Positions 50,254 through 61,932 of a stretch of 64,000 bases of DNA are shown piece after piece. Position 1 is the first letter of the stretch; each line of letters begins with the position of its first letter. The position numbers were made by a program, and so were the translations under genes. A model generated the notes under the pieces. That model was not told the DNA's origin. It worked only from the letters and a program-made list of their open reading frames with translations, and made no database searches. This DNA comes from Bacteroidales bacterium (GTDB lineage: Bacteria > Bacteroidota > Bacteroidia > Bacteroidales > UBA932), in the NCBI GenBank assembly GCA_041668045.1, contig JBAYDV010000001.1:16997-80996 (forward strand). The letters are read 5' to 3'.

Positions 50254-50760
50254 ATGAAAGAAGCTATATTCCCAGGATCATTTGACCCCTTCACTCTTGG
50301 ACATTTAAATGTATTAGAATCAGCCCTGACGCTATTCGACAAAGTTACTATAGCCATAGGTAAAAACAGTACCAAAAAAGGACTTTTCGACATCAATGAA
50401 CGTCTAGAAATAATCAATGAATCAATAAGCCAGCTTAAAGCTCAAGGCAAACAAATAGATGTATGTGTTTACGAAGGTATGACAGCTGAATTATGTAAAC
50501 AAACGAATATTAATTTCTTAGTTCGTGGATTACGGGTGTCATCAGATTTTGAATTCGAAAATGTAATAGCACAAGCTAATCAAAAAATAAATCCTAATGT
50601 CTCTACTATATTCATTCCTGCCTCTGGAGAATATGCTTTCATATCCTCAACAGTAGTAAGAGATGTTCTCCATAGTGGAGGAGACGCTAAAATATTTATG
50701 GCGCCAGGTGTAGATATCAGAAAATACTTTAATAAAAAAATAGTTCAAAAACATGACTAA
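50254..50760 (+). CDS. coaD: Pantetheine-phosphate adenylyltransferase
   Basis: FPGSFDPFTLGHLNV (T/H.GH nucleotidyltransferase motif) and ISSTVVRD. Confidence 0.9.
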   Translation: MKEAIFPGSFDPFTLGHLNVLESALTLFDKVTIAIGKNSTKKGLFDINERLEIINESISQLKAQGKQIDVCVYEGMTAELCKQTNINFLVRGLRVSSDFEFENVIAQANQKINPNVSTIFIPASGEYAFISSTVVRDVLHSGGDAKIFMAPGVDIRKYFNKKIVQKHD

Positions 50761-52348
50761 AATTAGACGCATACTAGTTTCTATAATACTATTTACTGTA
50801 GTAATTATCAACTCATTCGCTATAAATCGGGATGAGATATTTATGATGTTAAAAACTTTTGACACTCAAACAGTAGAAAATATTATACCCAAAACTGATG
50901 CTCTAATAGCCACAGCCAAAGATAGCACAGAAGCCTCATTCATAGCAGGAGCCATATTCGACTATTATCGCACATCTCCGATTATGGAATATGACGCCAT
51001 AGCAGTATATATCGCAGACACTTATTTTATTAACAAAAAATTAGAATATCCTAACGATGAATCAGCTATCACCATACCTATATTCGCCAAATATAATAGA
51101 AACTCCTTAATAGGCATGCGAGCTCCTGAACTTAATCTACCAGATAGTCTAGGGCAATATCACTCTCTTTCCAGCACTAGTGGTAAATATAAAATCATCT
51201 ATTTCTTCGACACAGACTGCGCTATATGTAAAATAGAGACGCCTAAGTTAATGAGGTATCTCAGTAAAGAATTCAACAATCAGAATAACAATGCTGACAA
51301 TTTCACTCAATTAACCATATACAGAGTATATACCCAAGACCACAGAGATAAATGGACTTCCTACATTAAAAGAAAAGACATAAGTCCTGAATTACCTTTG
51401 AATATAAACATTATCGATGTATGGGACCCTGCTTTTGTATCTAATTTTCCTGAGTTATATAGCGTTTTATCCACACCTCGTATGTTTTTACTAGATGAGC
51501 AAAACACCATAATAGGCAGAAACCTAAATACTGACGCACTATCCAAACTCATCTCTAAATATGAAGAAAGACCAAATGAGATGTTTTCTTTCTATGATAG
51601 AATATTCAAACAAATATTACCAAAAAATCCTAATGAAGCAGCAGACTCTACTCTACTTACATCTTTAATTGATGCATTTTATCAAAACTCTCAATCAAAC
51701 ACAAAACTCACTAAAGATGTCATGCTAGGGCTATACCAATACCTCAAGACAAGTCCAAATTATGACCTGCAGAAAGGCGCTGCATATCTTGGGAAAACTT
51801 ATATTCTAGCTAAACCAAAATTATGGAATAATGAAAAGTTTCTACATGAAACTGCTATAGCGATAAATTTATTTTATAGAAACCCACTTGGGAAACCAGC
51901 TCAAAATATAACTTTAAACAAGATGCCAGCCCATCCTAATTTCTTCACCAATTTATTAAACAAAGAATATTCCATATACGATAGTCACTCTGAATATACT
52001 GTTCTTTATTTCTATAATTTAGACTGTGCACTATGCGAGGCCGTCACTCTAGACATGAAAAAGATATACGAGCTATTCAAAAAAGAAGATATTAATTTCT
52101 TAGCTATTAACACAGGAACCAATAAAAAAGAATGGAGAACACATGTAGAAAAAGATCTTTTTTCAGGCAGAGATAACCCACATTGGATTAATCTTATGGA
52201 TGCAAAAAGAAAATCAGATATGTTCCAAAAATATAATCTCTCTGGCGTACCTCTAATTATGCTACTAGACCAAGACAAAACCACCATCGCCAAAGATATT
52301 ACCCCATCGGTTCTACAAGAACTCCTTAAAGACTCTAAAAACAATTAA
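50753..52348 (+). CDS. Exported protein with two thioredoxin-like (TlpA/redoxin-type) domains
   Basis: N-terminal signal/anchor. There are two C-x-x-C motifs in similar contexts (YFFDTDCAICK and YFYNLDCALCE), each followed by a TlpA-like P....L.D segment (TPRMFLLDEQN, VPLIMLLDQDK). The start overlaps the coaD stop (ATGACTAA). Confidence 0.6.
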   Translation: MTKIRRILVSIILFTVVIINSFAINRDEIFMMLKTFDTQTVENIIPKTDALIATAKDSTEASFIAGAIFDYYRTSPIMEYDAIAVYIADTYFINKKLEYPNDESAITIPIFAKYNRNSLIGMRAPELNLPDSLGQYHSLSSTSGKYKIIYFFDTDCAICKIETPKLMRYLSKEFNNQNNNADNFTQLTIYRVYTQDHRDKWTSYIKRKDISPELPLNINIIDVWDPAFVSNFPELYSVLSTPRMFLLDEQNTIIGRNLNTDALSKLISKYEERPNEMFSFYDRIFKQILPKNPNEAADSTLLTSLIDAFYQNSQSNTKLTKDVMLGLYQYLKTSPNYDLQKGAAYLGKTYILAKPKLWNNEKFLHETAIAINLFYRNPLGKPAQNITLNKMPAHPNFFTNLLNKEYSIYDSHSEYTVLYFYNLDCALCEAVTLDMKKIYELFKKEDINFLAINTGTNKKEWRTHVEKDLFSGRDNPHWINLMDAKRKSDMFQKYNLSGVPLIMLLDQDKTTIAKDITPSVLQELLKDSKNN

Positions 52349-52365
52349 ATCTTTTTCTTTAACAT

Positions 52366-52392
52366 AAAAAGGTCCCGCATTTCTGCGAGACC
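52366..52392 (-). terminator. Intrinsic terminator after eno (minus strand)
   Basis: GGTCTCGCA / TGCGGGACC stem (one mismatch) with a GAAA loop on the minus strand, followed by TTTTT (plus-strand A-run 52366-52370). Confidence 0.55.
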
Positions 52393-52421
52393 TTAAGTTA
52401 AGTAAAAACTAGCTAATGATA

Positions 52422-53699
<1,278 letters not shown>

Positions 53700-53776
53700 T
53701 TATTTTTTTTAAAAAGTTAATATTATAATATTATATGTATCAAAATCCAAGCCATATTTATTATATAAAAAAATAT

Positions 53777-53784
53777 TACCTTTG
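53777..53784 (+). promoter_or_regulatory. Candidate -7 box (TACCTTTG) for the uvrB unit
   Basis: Matches TAnnTTTG and ends 9 nt before ATG 53794. The TTG used as the start in the ORF track (53782) is part of this box. Confidence 0.4.
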
Positions 53785-53793
53785 TCACATATC

Positions 53794-55788
53794 ATGAAAT
53801 TTAAAATAAGTTCAAAATATAAACCAACTGGAGATCAACCTCAAGCCATAAATCAAATATGTGAGGCTATAGATGCTGAAGCTAAAGCTGTTACGCTAAT
53901 GGGCGTTACCGGCTCAGGGAAGACTTTTACCATGGCGAATGTAATAGAAAAATTACAACGTCCTGCACTTATTCTAAGCCACAATAAGACCCTTGCAGCC
54001 CAGCTTTATGGAGAATTTAAATCTTTTTTTCCAGATAATGCAGTAGAGTATTTTGTCTCTTATTACGACTATTACCAACCTGAAGCATATCTCCCCGTTA
54101 CAGACACATATATAGAAAAAGACTTATCTATAAATGAAGAAATCGAGAAATTACGTTTAAGTGCTTCATCTGCCTTACTGTCAGGCAGAAAAGATGTAAT
54201 CGTTATTTCTAGTGTTTCATGTCTTTATGGCATAGGAAACCCTGAAGATTTTCATGACAATACCATAACTTTAAAAGTTGGTCAAAAAATAAGTCGCACT
54301 AAATTACTATATCGCCTGATCGATGGATTATATTCTAGAAATGATATTGAATTTAAAAGAGGAACCTTTAGAGTTAAAGGTGACAGTGTAGATATTTTTC
54401 TAGCTTATGCCGATGTCGGATGTAAAATTATATTTTTCGGGGATGAGATAGAAAGCATAGAAAATATTGACCCTATCTCTGGATCTACTATTAACATCCT
54501 TGATGAGATTTCTATATTTCCTGCAAATATCTTCGTTACTACTAAAGAAAGAACTAAAGCTGGTATTTCTAAGATTCAAGATGAATTAAAATCTCAATAT
54601 GATTATTTTATGTCTATCGGGAAAAATCATGAAGCCAATAGACTTAAGAAAAGAGTAGAATTTGACCTGGAAATGATTAAAGAGTTAGGTTACTGTTCTG
54701 GAATAGAGAATTATTCTAGATTTTTCGATGGTAGAAAGCCCGGAGAAAGGCCATTCTGTCTTATTGATTACTTTCCAGATAATTTTTTAACATTTATAGA
54801 CGAGAGCCATGTAACACTACCTCAAGTTAAAGCTATGTATGGTGGTGACCGTTCTAGAAAAGAAGTATTGATTGATTTCGGATTTAGACTTCCTTCAGCA
54901 GCAGATAACAGACCTCTAAAATTCGATGAATTCGAGAACATAATAAAACAAAGAATCTTCGTTAGTGCTACACCTGGAGATTATGAATTTGAACTTTCAG
55001 AGGGTGTCGTTGTAGAACAGATAGTACGTCCAACGGGATTATTAGATCCTCCTATAGATGTGCGTCCTTCTAAAAATCAAATCGACGATTTGATGGAAGA
55101 GATTTTAGTAAGAGCTGAGAAAGATGAACGAGTTTTAGTCACTACATTGACTAAAAGAATGGCTGAAGAATTAGAGAAATTTTTAACTAAACGTGATATC
55201 AGATGTAGATATATCCACTCTGATATTGACACCATGGAAAGAGTTGAAATCATAGAAGATTTTAAAATGGGAAGGTTTGATGTGTTAGTAGGAGTCAATT
55301 TACTTAGAGAAGGACTAGATATCCCGACTGTATCTCTAGTCGCTATACTAGACGCCGATAAAGAAGGTTTCTTAAGATCAGGACGTGCATTAACACAGAC
55401 TGCAGGAAGAGCAGCTCGTAACCTTAATGGATTAGTTATTATGTATGCAGATCATATAACTAAATCTATGAAAGAAACGATCGATGTGACTGAAAGGCGT
55501 CGTAAAATACAGAAAAAATATAATTTAGACCATAATATTACTCCTACCCAGGTTGAGACGAAATCTGCTAACTCATTAGTCTCAAGCAATGCACATTATG
55601 ATCCAGATAAAGACAAAGTAGTAAATAGATATCTTGTTGAAGAACCTGTTCTTAGTAAAATGAGTCCAAAACAATTAGCTAAAGCCATAGAACAGTCTAG
55701 AAAAGCTATGGAACAAGCTGCTAAAGAACTTGATTTTCAAAGAGCTGCTAAATATAGAGATGAAATGTACCAATTAATGAAATTATAA
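53794..55788 (+). CDS. uvrB: Excinuclease ABC subunit B
   Basis: GVTGSGKT, YYDYYQPEAY, DESH, and a C-terminal UVR motif FQRAAKYRDEM. The start is reassigned to ATG 53794 (MKFKISSKYKPTGDQPQAI). Confidence 0.95.
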   Translation: MKFKISSKYKPTGDQPQAINQICEAIDAEAKAVTLMGVTGSGKTFTMANVIEKLQRPALILSHNKTLAAQLYGEFKSFFPDNAVEYFVSYYDYYQPEAYLPVTDTYIEKDLSINEEIEKLRLSASSALLSGRKDVIVISSVSCLYGIGNPEDFHDNTITLKVGQKISRTKLLYRLIDGLYSRNDIEFKRGTFRVKGDSVDIFLAYADVGCKIIFFGDEIESIENIDPISGSTINILDEISIFPANIFVTTKERTKAGISKIQDELKSQYDYFMSIGKNHEANRLKKRVEFDLEMIKELGYCSGIENYSRFFDGRKPGERPFCLIDYFPDNFLTFIDESHVTLPQVKAMYGGDRSRKEVLIDFGFRLPSAADNRPLKFDEFENIIKQRIFVSATPGDYEFELSEGVVVEQIVRPTGLLDPPIDVRPSKNQIDDLMEEILVRAEKDERVLVTTLTKRMAEELEKFLTKRDIRCRYIHSDIDTMERVEIIEDFKMGRFDVLVGVNLLREGLDIPTVSLVAILDADKEGFLRSGRALTQTAGRAARNLNGLVIMYADHITKSMKETIDVTERRRKIQKKYNLDHNITPTQVETKSANSLVSSNAHYDPDKDKVVNRYLVEEPVLSKMSPKQLAKAIEQSRKAMEQAAKELDFQRAAKYRDEMYQLMKL

Positions 55789-55790
55789 AA

Positions 55791-57956
55791 ATGGACATAT
55801 TAACTCAAAAATTAAATAATATTCTTAAACATTATACTGAGACTGAACAATCCGGTATAAAGAGAGCCTATGAAGTAGCCTATAAGGTTCTTGATGGGAA
55901 AACAAGAGAAAATAAGCATCCATTTATCGAACACCCACTTGGAGTAGCTGAGATAGTTTCTGGAGAAATTGGTCTTGGATATGATGCCATTACTGCTATT
56001 TTTCTTCATGAATCTACTCGTTTTAAAAAAGATATTTCCGACATATGTGATGTTTCAAAGCTCTTTTCAAAAGAAATTATAAACATCGCTGAGAGTCTGA
56101 ATAAGATTTCTATGATAAAGACTAAGGAAACTGGTCTGCAAGCTGACAACTATAAGAGATTAATAGTTTCTTATTCATCCGACCCTCGTGTTACTGTTAT
56201 TAAGATAGCTGATAGATTAGATGTTATTAGAAATATAAAACTTTTACCTCCGGAAAATCAAAAAAGAAAGATAGCAGAGACGGTCAAGTTATATATTCCT
56301 ATAGCGCATCAACTCGGTCTTTATAATATTAAAAGTGAATTAGAAGATATCGCATTCCAACAAAATGAGCCAGAGAACTATCGTTTAATCACTAATAAAT
56401 TAGCTGCCACTAAACTTGATAGAGATAAAATGTTTAATACATTTATTAAACCTCTAAAAGTAAAATTACACGAAGAAGGTATTAAATGTAAAATTAAATC
56501 TCGTACTAAAACTGCATTTTCTATTTGGAAGAAAATGCAGAAACAAAAAGTGCCTTTTGAAGGTGTATATGATGTATCTGCTATTCGTATAATCATAGAT
56601 GCTCCTATGGATAATCATGAAAAAGAATTAGCTTTATGTTGGAAAGTTTACTCTTTGGTTACTGAAAAATACACTCCAGACACTAATAGATTAAGAGATT
56701 GGATTACTAATCCTAAAAAGAATGGTTATGAATCTCTTCATACGACTGTTAAAAATGAAGATGGGATTCCTATTGAAGTACAAATTCGTACCACTCGAAT
56801 GGATGACATGGCCGAAAATGGATTAGCTTCTCATTGGTCATATAAAGGAGTATCTAGCACTGCTCAATTAAATTCCTGGCTTCAGAATGTTCGTGATGTG
56901 ATGAACAGTCACGAGAAATTAGATTCTGAAAATGTTGATAATTTAATCAAAGAAGATGTTTTCGTATTTACTCCTAACGGAGATTTAAGACGTCTAAGAA
57001 ATGGAGCATGCGTCCTTGACTTCGCTTTCGATATACATACCAATATAGGTATTACTTGTTCTGCAGCTAAAGTTGATGGTAAGATAGTATCTATTCGAGA
57101 AAAGTTATCTACAGGCAGTGTAGTAGAAATTATCCGTAATAAAAATCAAAAACCTTCTGCTGATTGGCTGAATTTCGTAGTTACCTCTAAGGCTCGTACT
57201 AAGATTAAGCAAATCATTAAAGAAGAAGAAACTAAAAAAGCAAATATAGGTAAAGAGCTATTAGGAAGACGTTTAAAAAACTGGAAATTAAGTTTACATG
57301 ATGAAGACTTACATGTTTTATGTAAGAAATTTTCTTTAAAGACTATTAATGAATTTTACGCGAAAGTAGGGGAAGAAAAGATAGATTTAGCTGATATTAA
57401 AAACTATATAAAGGAGAAAGAAAATACTGAGGAAAGTAAAGACAAAAAGATAATTCAAAATAAGACTCAAGAAGAGCATTATACTCGTTCGATAAAAGAA
57501 TCTAATGATTATCTAGTTATCGATGGAAAATTAAATAATATTGGCTATAAAATGGCTAAATGTTGTAATCCTATTTATGGAGATGATGTTTTTGGCTTCG
57601 TCACTGTTAATAATGGGATTACTATTCATAGAATAACTTGTCCTAATGCTGCAAGATTAATTAATAAATATCCATACAGAATACAGAAAGTAAAATGGAA
57701 GAAGGATGTAGAGACTACCAATTTCCAAACTACATTAAAAATAATAGTCGATGATAGTAGAGTTTTTAGCGATATTATTATTATTTTAGATACATTTGGA
57801 TGTCCATTAAGAAGTTCTAGTATTCATGAAAGAACAAGTCAACATAATGGATATAATATTAAGGTACAAATCTCCGTCCTTAATAATAGTATACTTGATA
57901 GTATAATAGTTAAATTAAAAAGAACAAAAGGAGTATCAACTGTTATAAGAAGTTAA
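55791..57956 (+). CDS. RelA/SpoT homolog (long RSH): intact synthetase domain, apparently degenerate HD hydrolase site, TGS-ZFD-ACT C-terminus
   Basis: Synthetase motifs [22 protein letters not shown] and EVQIRT. TGS ([13 protein letters not shown]) and Zn-finger-like [10 protein letters not shown]...HRITCPN. The HD region reads LHESTRF and ADRLDVIRN instead of the LHDVIEDT and ADRTHNM seen in E. coli SpoT. Confidence 0.9.
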   Translation: MDILTQKLNNILKHYTETEQSGIKRAYEVAYKVLDGKTRENKHPFIEHPLGVAEIVSGEIGLGYDAITAIFLHESTRFKKDISDICDVSKLFSKEIINIAESLNKISMIKTKETGLQADNYKRLIVSYSSDPRVTVIKIADRLDVIRNIKLLPPENQKRKIAETVKLYIPIAHQLGLYNIKSELEDIAFQQNEPENYRLITNKLAATKLDRDKMFNTFIKPLKVKLHEEGIKCKIKSRTKTAFSIWKKMQKQKVPFEGVYDVSAIRIIIDAPMDNHEKELALCWKVYSLVTEKYTPDTNRLRDWITNPKKNGYESLHTTVKNEDGIPIEVQIRTTRMDDMAENGLASHWSYKGVSSTAQLNSWLQNVRDVMNSHEKLDSENVDNLIKEDVFVFTPNGDLRRLRNGACVLDFAFDIHTNIGITCSAAKVDGKIVSIREKLSTGSVVEIIRNKNQKPSADWLNFVVTSKARTKIKQIIKEEETKKANIGKELLGRRLKNWKLSLHDEDLHVLCKKFSLKTINEFYAKVGEEKIDLADIKNYIKEKENTEESKDKKIIQNKTQEEHYTRSIKESNDYLVIDGKLNNIGYKMAKCCNPIYGDDVFGFVTVNNGITIHRITCPNAARLINKYPYRIQKVKWKKDVETTNFQTTLKIIVDDSRVFSDIIIILDTFGCPLRSSSIHERTSQHNGYNIKVQISVLNNSILDSIIVKLKRTKGVSTVIRS

Positions 57957-57969
57957 ACAGTGTACATAT

Positions 57970-60738
57970 ATGAAAGATGATAATTTTATTAAGATAAGAG
58001 GTGCCGAAGTTAATAATCTTAAAAAAATAGATTTAGATATACCTCGTGACAAATTTGTAGTTATTACTGGAGTATCAGGTTCAGGGAAATCATCCTTAGC
58101 ATTTGATACGATCTTCGCCGAAGGACAGAGACGATTTTCAGAAAGTCTTTCTTCTTTCGCCAGGCAGTTTCTCGGAAGAATGACGAAACCCGCCGTTAAG
58201 AGTATAAGTGGCATACCTCCAGCCATTGCCGTAGAACAGAAAGTAAATACTAAAAATCCTCGCTCTACAGTAGGAACTACCACTGAGATTTACGACTATA
58301 TAAGAATGTTATTTGCTAAAATAGGACATACTTTCTCCCCTATTTCGGGCAATGAGGTGACGCGTGATTCTCTACAAAGTGTTTTATCATTTTGCGGAAA
58401 ATTACCGGATAAATCGACTGCTTATATCCTTTCTAATATGGCTTGGTCAGAGAAAAAATATAGAGTAGAAAAACTTCTAAACTATAAAGAAGAAGGATTT
58501 ACAAGATTATATATTATAGGTCAGACAGGTCGGGATGCTGTTATAAAAATAGATAAGGTCCTTGAAAATCCTAATGATTTTAAGGATAAAGACCTTATGT
58601 TATTAATAGATAGGGTTTATATAGACACAGAAGACACAGATTTAGAAGCCAGATTAACGGATTCTATACGAACAGCTTTCGAGAAAGGAAACGAACACAT
58701 GTCTATTATTTCTGATGTTGATAATTCTCGTTCAGATTTCTCTACTCTTTTCGAGGCTGACGGAATCGTATTTGACAAACCTGAGGAATGGATATTTAAT
58801 TTTAACAATCCTCTTGGTGCTTGTGATAAATGTGAAGGTTACGGAAAGATTATGGGCATAGATGAATCTTTAGTCATTCCTTTCCCTCATTTATCCATTT
58901 ATGAAGATACTATTTCGTGCTGGAAAGGTAAGATTATGTCTTACTTTAAGGATAATCTTATAATGTTCGCCGAAAAATATAACATCTCTATTCATAAACC
59001 TTATAGAGAACTATCTGACCTTGAAAAGAAAATAATATGGGAAGGCAACAAAGATATTATAGGTATAAATAAGTTTTTCGCTGAGCTAGAAAAAAAGAAA
59101 TATAAGATTCAGAATCGTTATATGATTAGTCGTTATTCTGGAAAAACCAAATGCCCAAAATGTCACGGTACACGTCTTCGTCCTGAATCTCTTTACATAA
59201 AGATTGGAGGCAAGAACATAGCCGAACTATTAAATATGAGTATATCAGATCTAAATGATTTTTTTACAAATTTAAGACTTGATGATTACGAAAAGAAAAT
59301 AGCTGGACGAGCACTTGAAGAAATCCACTCACGATTAGGATATCTTATCAATGTCGGATTATCATACCTAACACTCAGTCGTGCTTCCAACACTCTCAGT
59401 GGAGGAGAAAGTCAGAGAGTTAATCTCGTCACATCACTAGGCAATAGTCTTACGGGTGCGATGTACATACTAGATGAGCCGAGTATCGGTTTACATGAAC
59501 GCGACACACAGAAACTCATACACGTATTAAAAGATTTACGCGATCTGGGCAATACTGTGATAGTAGTAGAGCATGATGAAGAAATTATGCGCGCAGCAGA
59601 CTACCTTATCGACATCGGTCCTAGCGCAGGTATCAATGGTGGGCAAGTAATGTTTCAAGGCAAGCTTGGCGTAGATGATAAAGATTCATCAACTATCAAA
59701 AAATCTTTAACACTACAATATCTACACGGTTTAAAATCAATACAATTTCCTAAAAGAAAACATATTGCCAAATCTTATATAGAAATCACAGGAGCTTGTG
59801 AAAACAATCTAAAAAATATAGATGTCAAATTTCCATTAAAAGCTATGACTGCAGTAATAGGAGTCAGTGGATCTGGAAAATCTACCTTAGTAGGAGATAT
59901 CATGTACCCTGCCCTACAAAGACATATTAATCAATTTGGAACAAAACCTGGAGAATTCGACGAACTTAAAGGAGACCTTAATTCCGTCACTTCCATAGAA
60001 TACGTAGATCAAAACCCAATAGGAAAAAGTTCTCGTTCTAATCCTGTAACATATCTTAAAATATATGATGATATAAGAAAATTGTTTTCAGAACAGCCAT
60101 ATGCCAAAATGAATGGATATGGACATTCGCACTTTTCTTTCAATATAGACGGAGGACGCTGTCCCGAATGCCAGGGAGCAGGAACTATAACCATTCCAAT
60201 GCAGTTTATGGCTGATATTACTATAGTCTGTGACCAATGTGGGGGGAAAAGATTCAAGCCAGATATTCTAGAAGTTAAATATCAAGGTAAAAACATTAGT
60301 GATATTCTAGATATGAGCGTTGACGAGGCTTATGACTTCTTTAATAATCAAAAGAATGATAATGCTGCACAAAGAATAGCGAAAAAATTAATACCACTTA
60401 AATATGTTGGTCTGAACTATATTAAATTAGGACAGAGTAGTAGCACTTTAAGTGGAGGAGAAAGTCAAAGGGTAAAATTAGCATATTTTCTTAGTAAAGA
60501 TAACTCTTCAAAATCAGGCGAATCGATTCTATTCGTATTTGACGAACCTACCACAGGCCTTCATTTCGAAGATATACAAAAACTCATACAATCTTTCGAA
60601 GCTTTAATTAATCGTGGTCACACTATTATAGTAGTAGAACATAATCCATTCATCATTAAAGCATCTGATTACACTATAGAGTTAGGACCAGAAGGTGGAG
60701 ACCGTGGCGGATATCTAATACGAGCAGCTGAAATTTAA
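57970..60738 (+). CDS. uvrA: Excinuclease ABC subunit A
   Basis: Two ABC modules (GVSGSGKSS twice, LSGGESQR twice, VVEHD/VVEHN) and Zn modules CDKCEGYG...CPKCHG and CPECQGAG...CDQCGG. Confidence 0.95.
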   Translation: MKDDNFIKIRGAEVNNLKKIDLDIPRDKFVVITGVSGSGKSSLAFDTIFAEGQRRFSESLSSFARQFLGRMTKPAVKSISGIPPAIAVEQKVNTKNPRSTVGTTTEIYDYIRMLFAKIGHTFSPISGNEVTRDSLQSVLSFCGKLPDKSTAYILSNMAWSEKKYRVEKLLNYKEEGFTRLYIIGQTGRDAVIKIDKVLENPNDFKDKDLMLLIDRVYIDTEDTDLEARLTDSIRTAFEKGNEHMSIISDVDNSRSDFSTLFEADGIVFDKPEEWIFNFNNPLGACDKCEGYGKIMGIDESLVIPFPHLSIYEDTISCWKGKIMSYFKDNLIMFAEKYNISIHKPYRELSDLEKKIIWEGNKDIIGINKFFAELEKKKYKIQNRYMISRYSGKTKCPKCHGTRLRPESLYIKIGGKNIAELLNMSISDLNDFFTNLRLDDYEKKIAGRALEEIHSRLGYLINVGLSYLTLSRASNTLSGGESQRVNLVTSLGNSLTGAMYILDEPSIGLHERDTQKLIHVLKDLRDLGNTVIVVEHDEEIMRAADYLIDIGPSAGINGGQVMFQGKLGVDDKDSSTIKKSLTLQYLHGLKSIQFPKRKHIAKSYIEITGACENNLKNIDVKFPLKAMTAVIGVSGSGKSTLVGDIMYPALQRHINQFGTKPGEFDELKGDLNSVTSIEYVDQNPIGKSSRSNPVTYLKIYDDIRKLFSEQPYAKMNGYGHSHFSFNIDGGRCPECQGAGTITIPMQFMADITIVCDQCGGKRFKPDILEVKYQGKNISDILDMSVDEAYDFFNNQKNDNAAQRIAKKLIPLKYVGLNYIKLGQSSSTLSGGESQRVKLAYFLSKDNSSKSGESILFVFDEPTTGLHFEDIQKLIQSFEALINRGHTIIVVEHNPFIIKASDYTIELGPEGGDRGGYLIRAAEI

Positions 60739-60748
60739 ACCAAATAAT

Positions 60749-61852
60749 CTATTCTTCGTCTTCTCCGAAAGATTTTAAACGTTCAGCATTCTCTGCTACC
60801 TGAAGTTTATCGATAACCTCTTGAATATCTCCATCCATGAAAACAGGAAGGTTATACATCGTATAATTTATACGATGATCCGTAACACGAGACTGAGGAT
60901 AATTATAAGTACGGATTTTCGCAGAACGGTCACCAGTAGATACCATGGTTTTACGCTTAGCAGAAATCTTATCAAGATATTTTTGATACTCCATATTATA
61001 TAAACGAGTCCTCAACTCAGCTAAAGCCTTATCAAAATTCTTAATCTGAGATTTTTGATCTTGACATTGAACTACTATACCTGAAGGAATATGAGTCAAA
61101 CGAATAGCTGAATATGTAGTATTTACAGACTGTCCACCAGGACCTGAAGAACAGAAAGTATCTTTACGTATATCATTCATATTAAGATCTAAATCAAACT
61201 CTTCTGCCTCTGGGAGAACAGCTACTGAAGCTGCAGATGTATGCACACGTCCCTGTGTCTCTGTCTGAGGAACACGTTGGACACGATGAACACCACTTTC
61301 ATATTTCAAAGTACCATAAACGCTCTGTCCGGAAATCTTACAAATAATCTCTTTAAATCCACCTGAAGCACCTTCAGACTGACTATTAATTTCCAATTTC
61401 CAGCCTTTCTTCTCTACATATTTAGCATACATTCTAAACAAATCACCAGCGAAAATAGCAGCTTCATCACCACCAGCTCCACCTCGTATTTCCAGAATAG
61501 CATTTTTCTCATCTTCCGGGTCTTTTGGAACCAGGAGAAGTTTAATTTTTTCTTCCATAGCTGGCAGTTGAGACTCTATCTCTATAATCTCCTCTTTCGC
61601 CATATCCCTAAAATCTTCATCCTTCTCATTAGCCAATACATCTTTAGCATTTGCTAAATTTTTGACTAAATCATTATACTTCTTTCCCTCTTCGATTACA
61701 GGTTCTATTTCTTTATACTCCTTATTTAGCTTTACATATTTCTTCATATCTGACATAACACTTGGGTCAGATAACTGCTTCTCCAATTCTAATTTTTTCT
61801 CCCCTAAACCAGAAATTTTCGTCAACAAAGAGTTTTCATTAATCTCGCTCAT
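60749..61852 (-). CDS. prfA: Peptide chain release factor 1
   Basis: GGQSVNTT (GGQ motif) and a P-x-T type codon-recognition tripeptide ([14 protein letters not shown]), not the SPF of RF2. Confidence 0.93.
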   Translation of the reverse strand: MSEINENSLLTKISGLGEKKLELEKQLSDPSVMSDMKKYVKLNKEYKEIEPVIEEGKKYNDLVKNLANAKDVLANEKDEDFRDMAKEEIIEIESQLPAMEEKIKLLLVPKDPEDEKNAILEIRGGAGGDEAAIFAGDLFRMYAKYVEKKGWKLEINSQSEGASGGFKEIICKISGQSVYGTLKYESGVHRVQRVPQTETQGRVHTSAASVAVLPEAEEFDLDLNMNDIRKDTFCSSGPGGQSVNTTYSAIRLTHIPSGIVVQCQDQKSQIKNFDKALAELRTRLYNMEYQKYLDKISAKRKTMVSTGDRSAKIRTYNYPQSRVTDHRINYTMYNLPVFMDGDIQEVIDKLQVAENAERLKSFGEDEE

Positions 61853-61905
61853 ATATTTTCCTTTTCTTTACACTGACTGGAAAAGAATTTCCAGTTTGCA
61901 GTTTG

Positions 61906-61913
61906 CAAATATA
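61906..61913 (-). promoter_or_regulatory. Candidate -7 box (TATATTTG, minus strand) for prfA
   Basis: The plus strand reads CAAATATA, 54 nt upstream of ATG 61852. A CTGGAAA-AGAA-TTTCCAG hairpin (61877-61894) lies in the predicted leader. Confidence 0.35.
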
Positions 61914-61932
61914 ATACAATTTTACCAAATAT

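Noticed and set aside
53718-53733. A 16-bp palindrome TAATATTATAATATTA upstream of eno.
   Set aside because: It is composed only of A/T, and such palindromes are frequent by chance in this composition. No recognisable promoter element or partner site accompanies it.
57936-58283. Antisense and overlapping ORFs of 60-115 aa lie inside large genes (for example 57936-58283, 52012-52344, 41544-41852, 10928-11230, 6385-6684, 20589-20798 and many others in the track).
   Set aside because: They lie entirely within, or mostly opposite, strongly supported conserved genes. They have low-complexity or hydrophobic compositions typical of shadow ORFs in AT-rich DNA, and they lack promoter boxes.
61270-61284. 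RF1 carries P-Q-T instead of the E. coli P-A-T codon-recognition tripeptide.
   Set aside because: The middle residue of the PxT motif is known to vary among RF1 proteins. There is no sign of stop-codon reassignment, since TAA, TAG and TGA all terminate good genes in this window.
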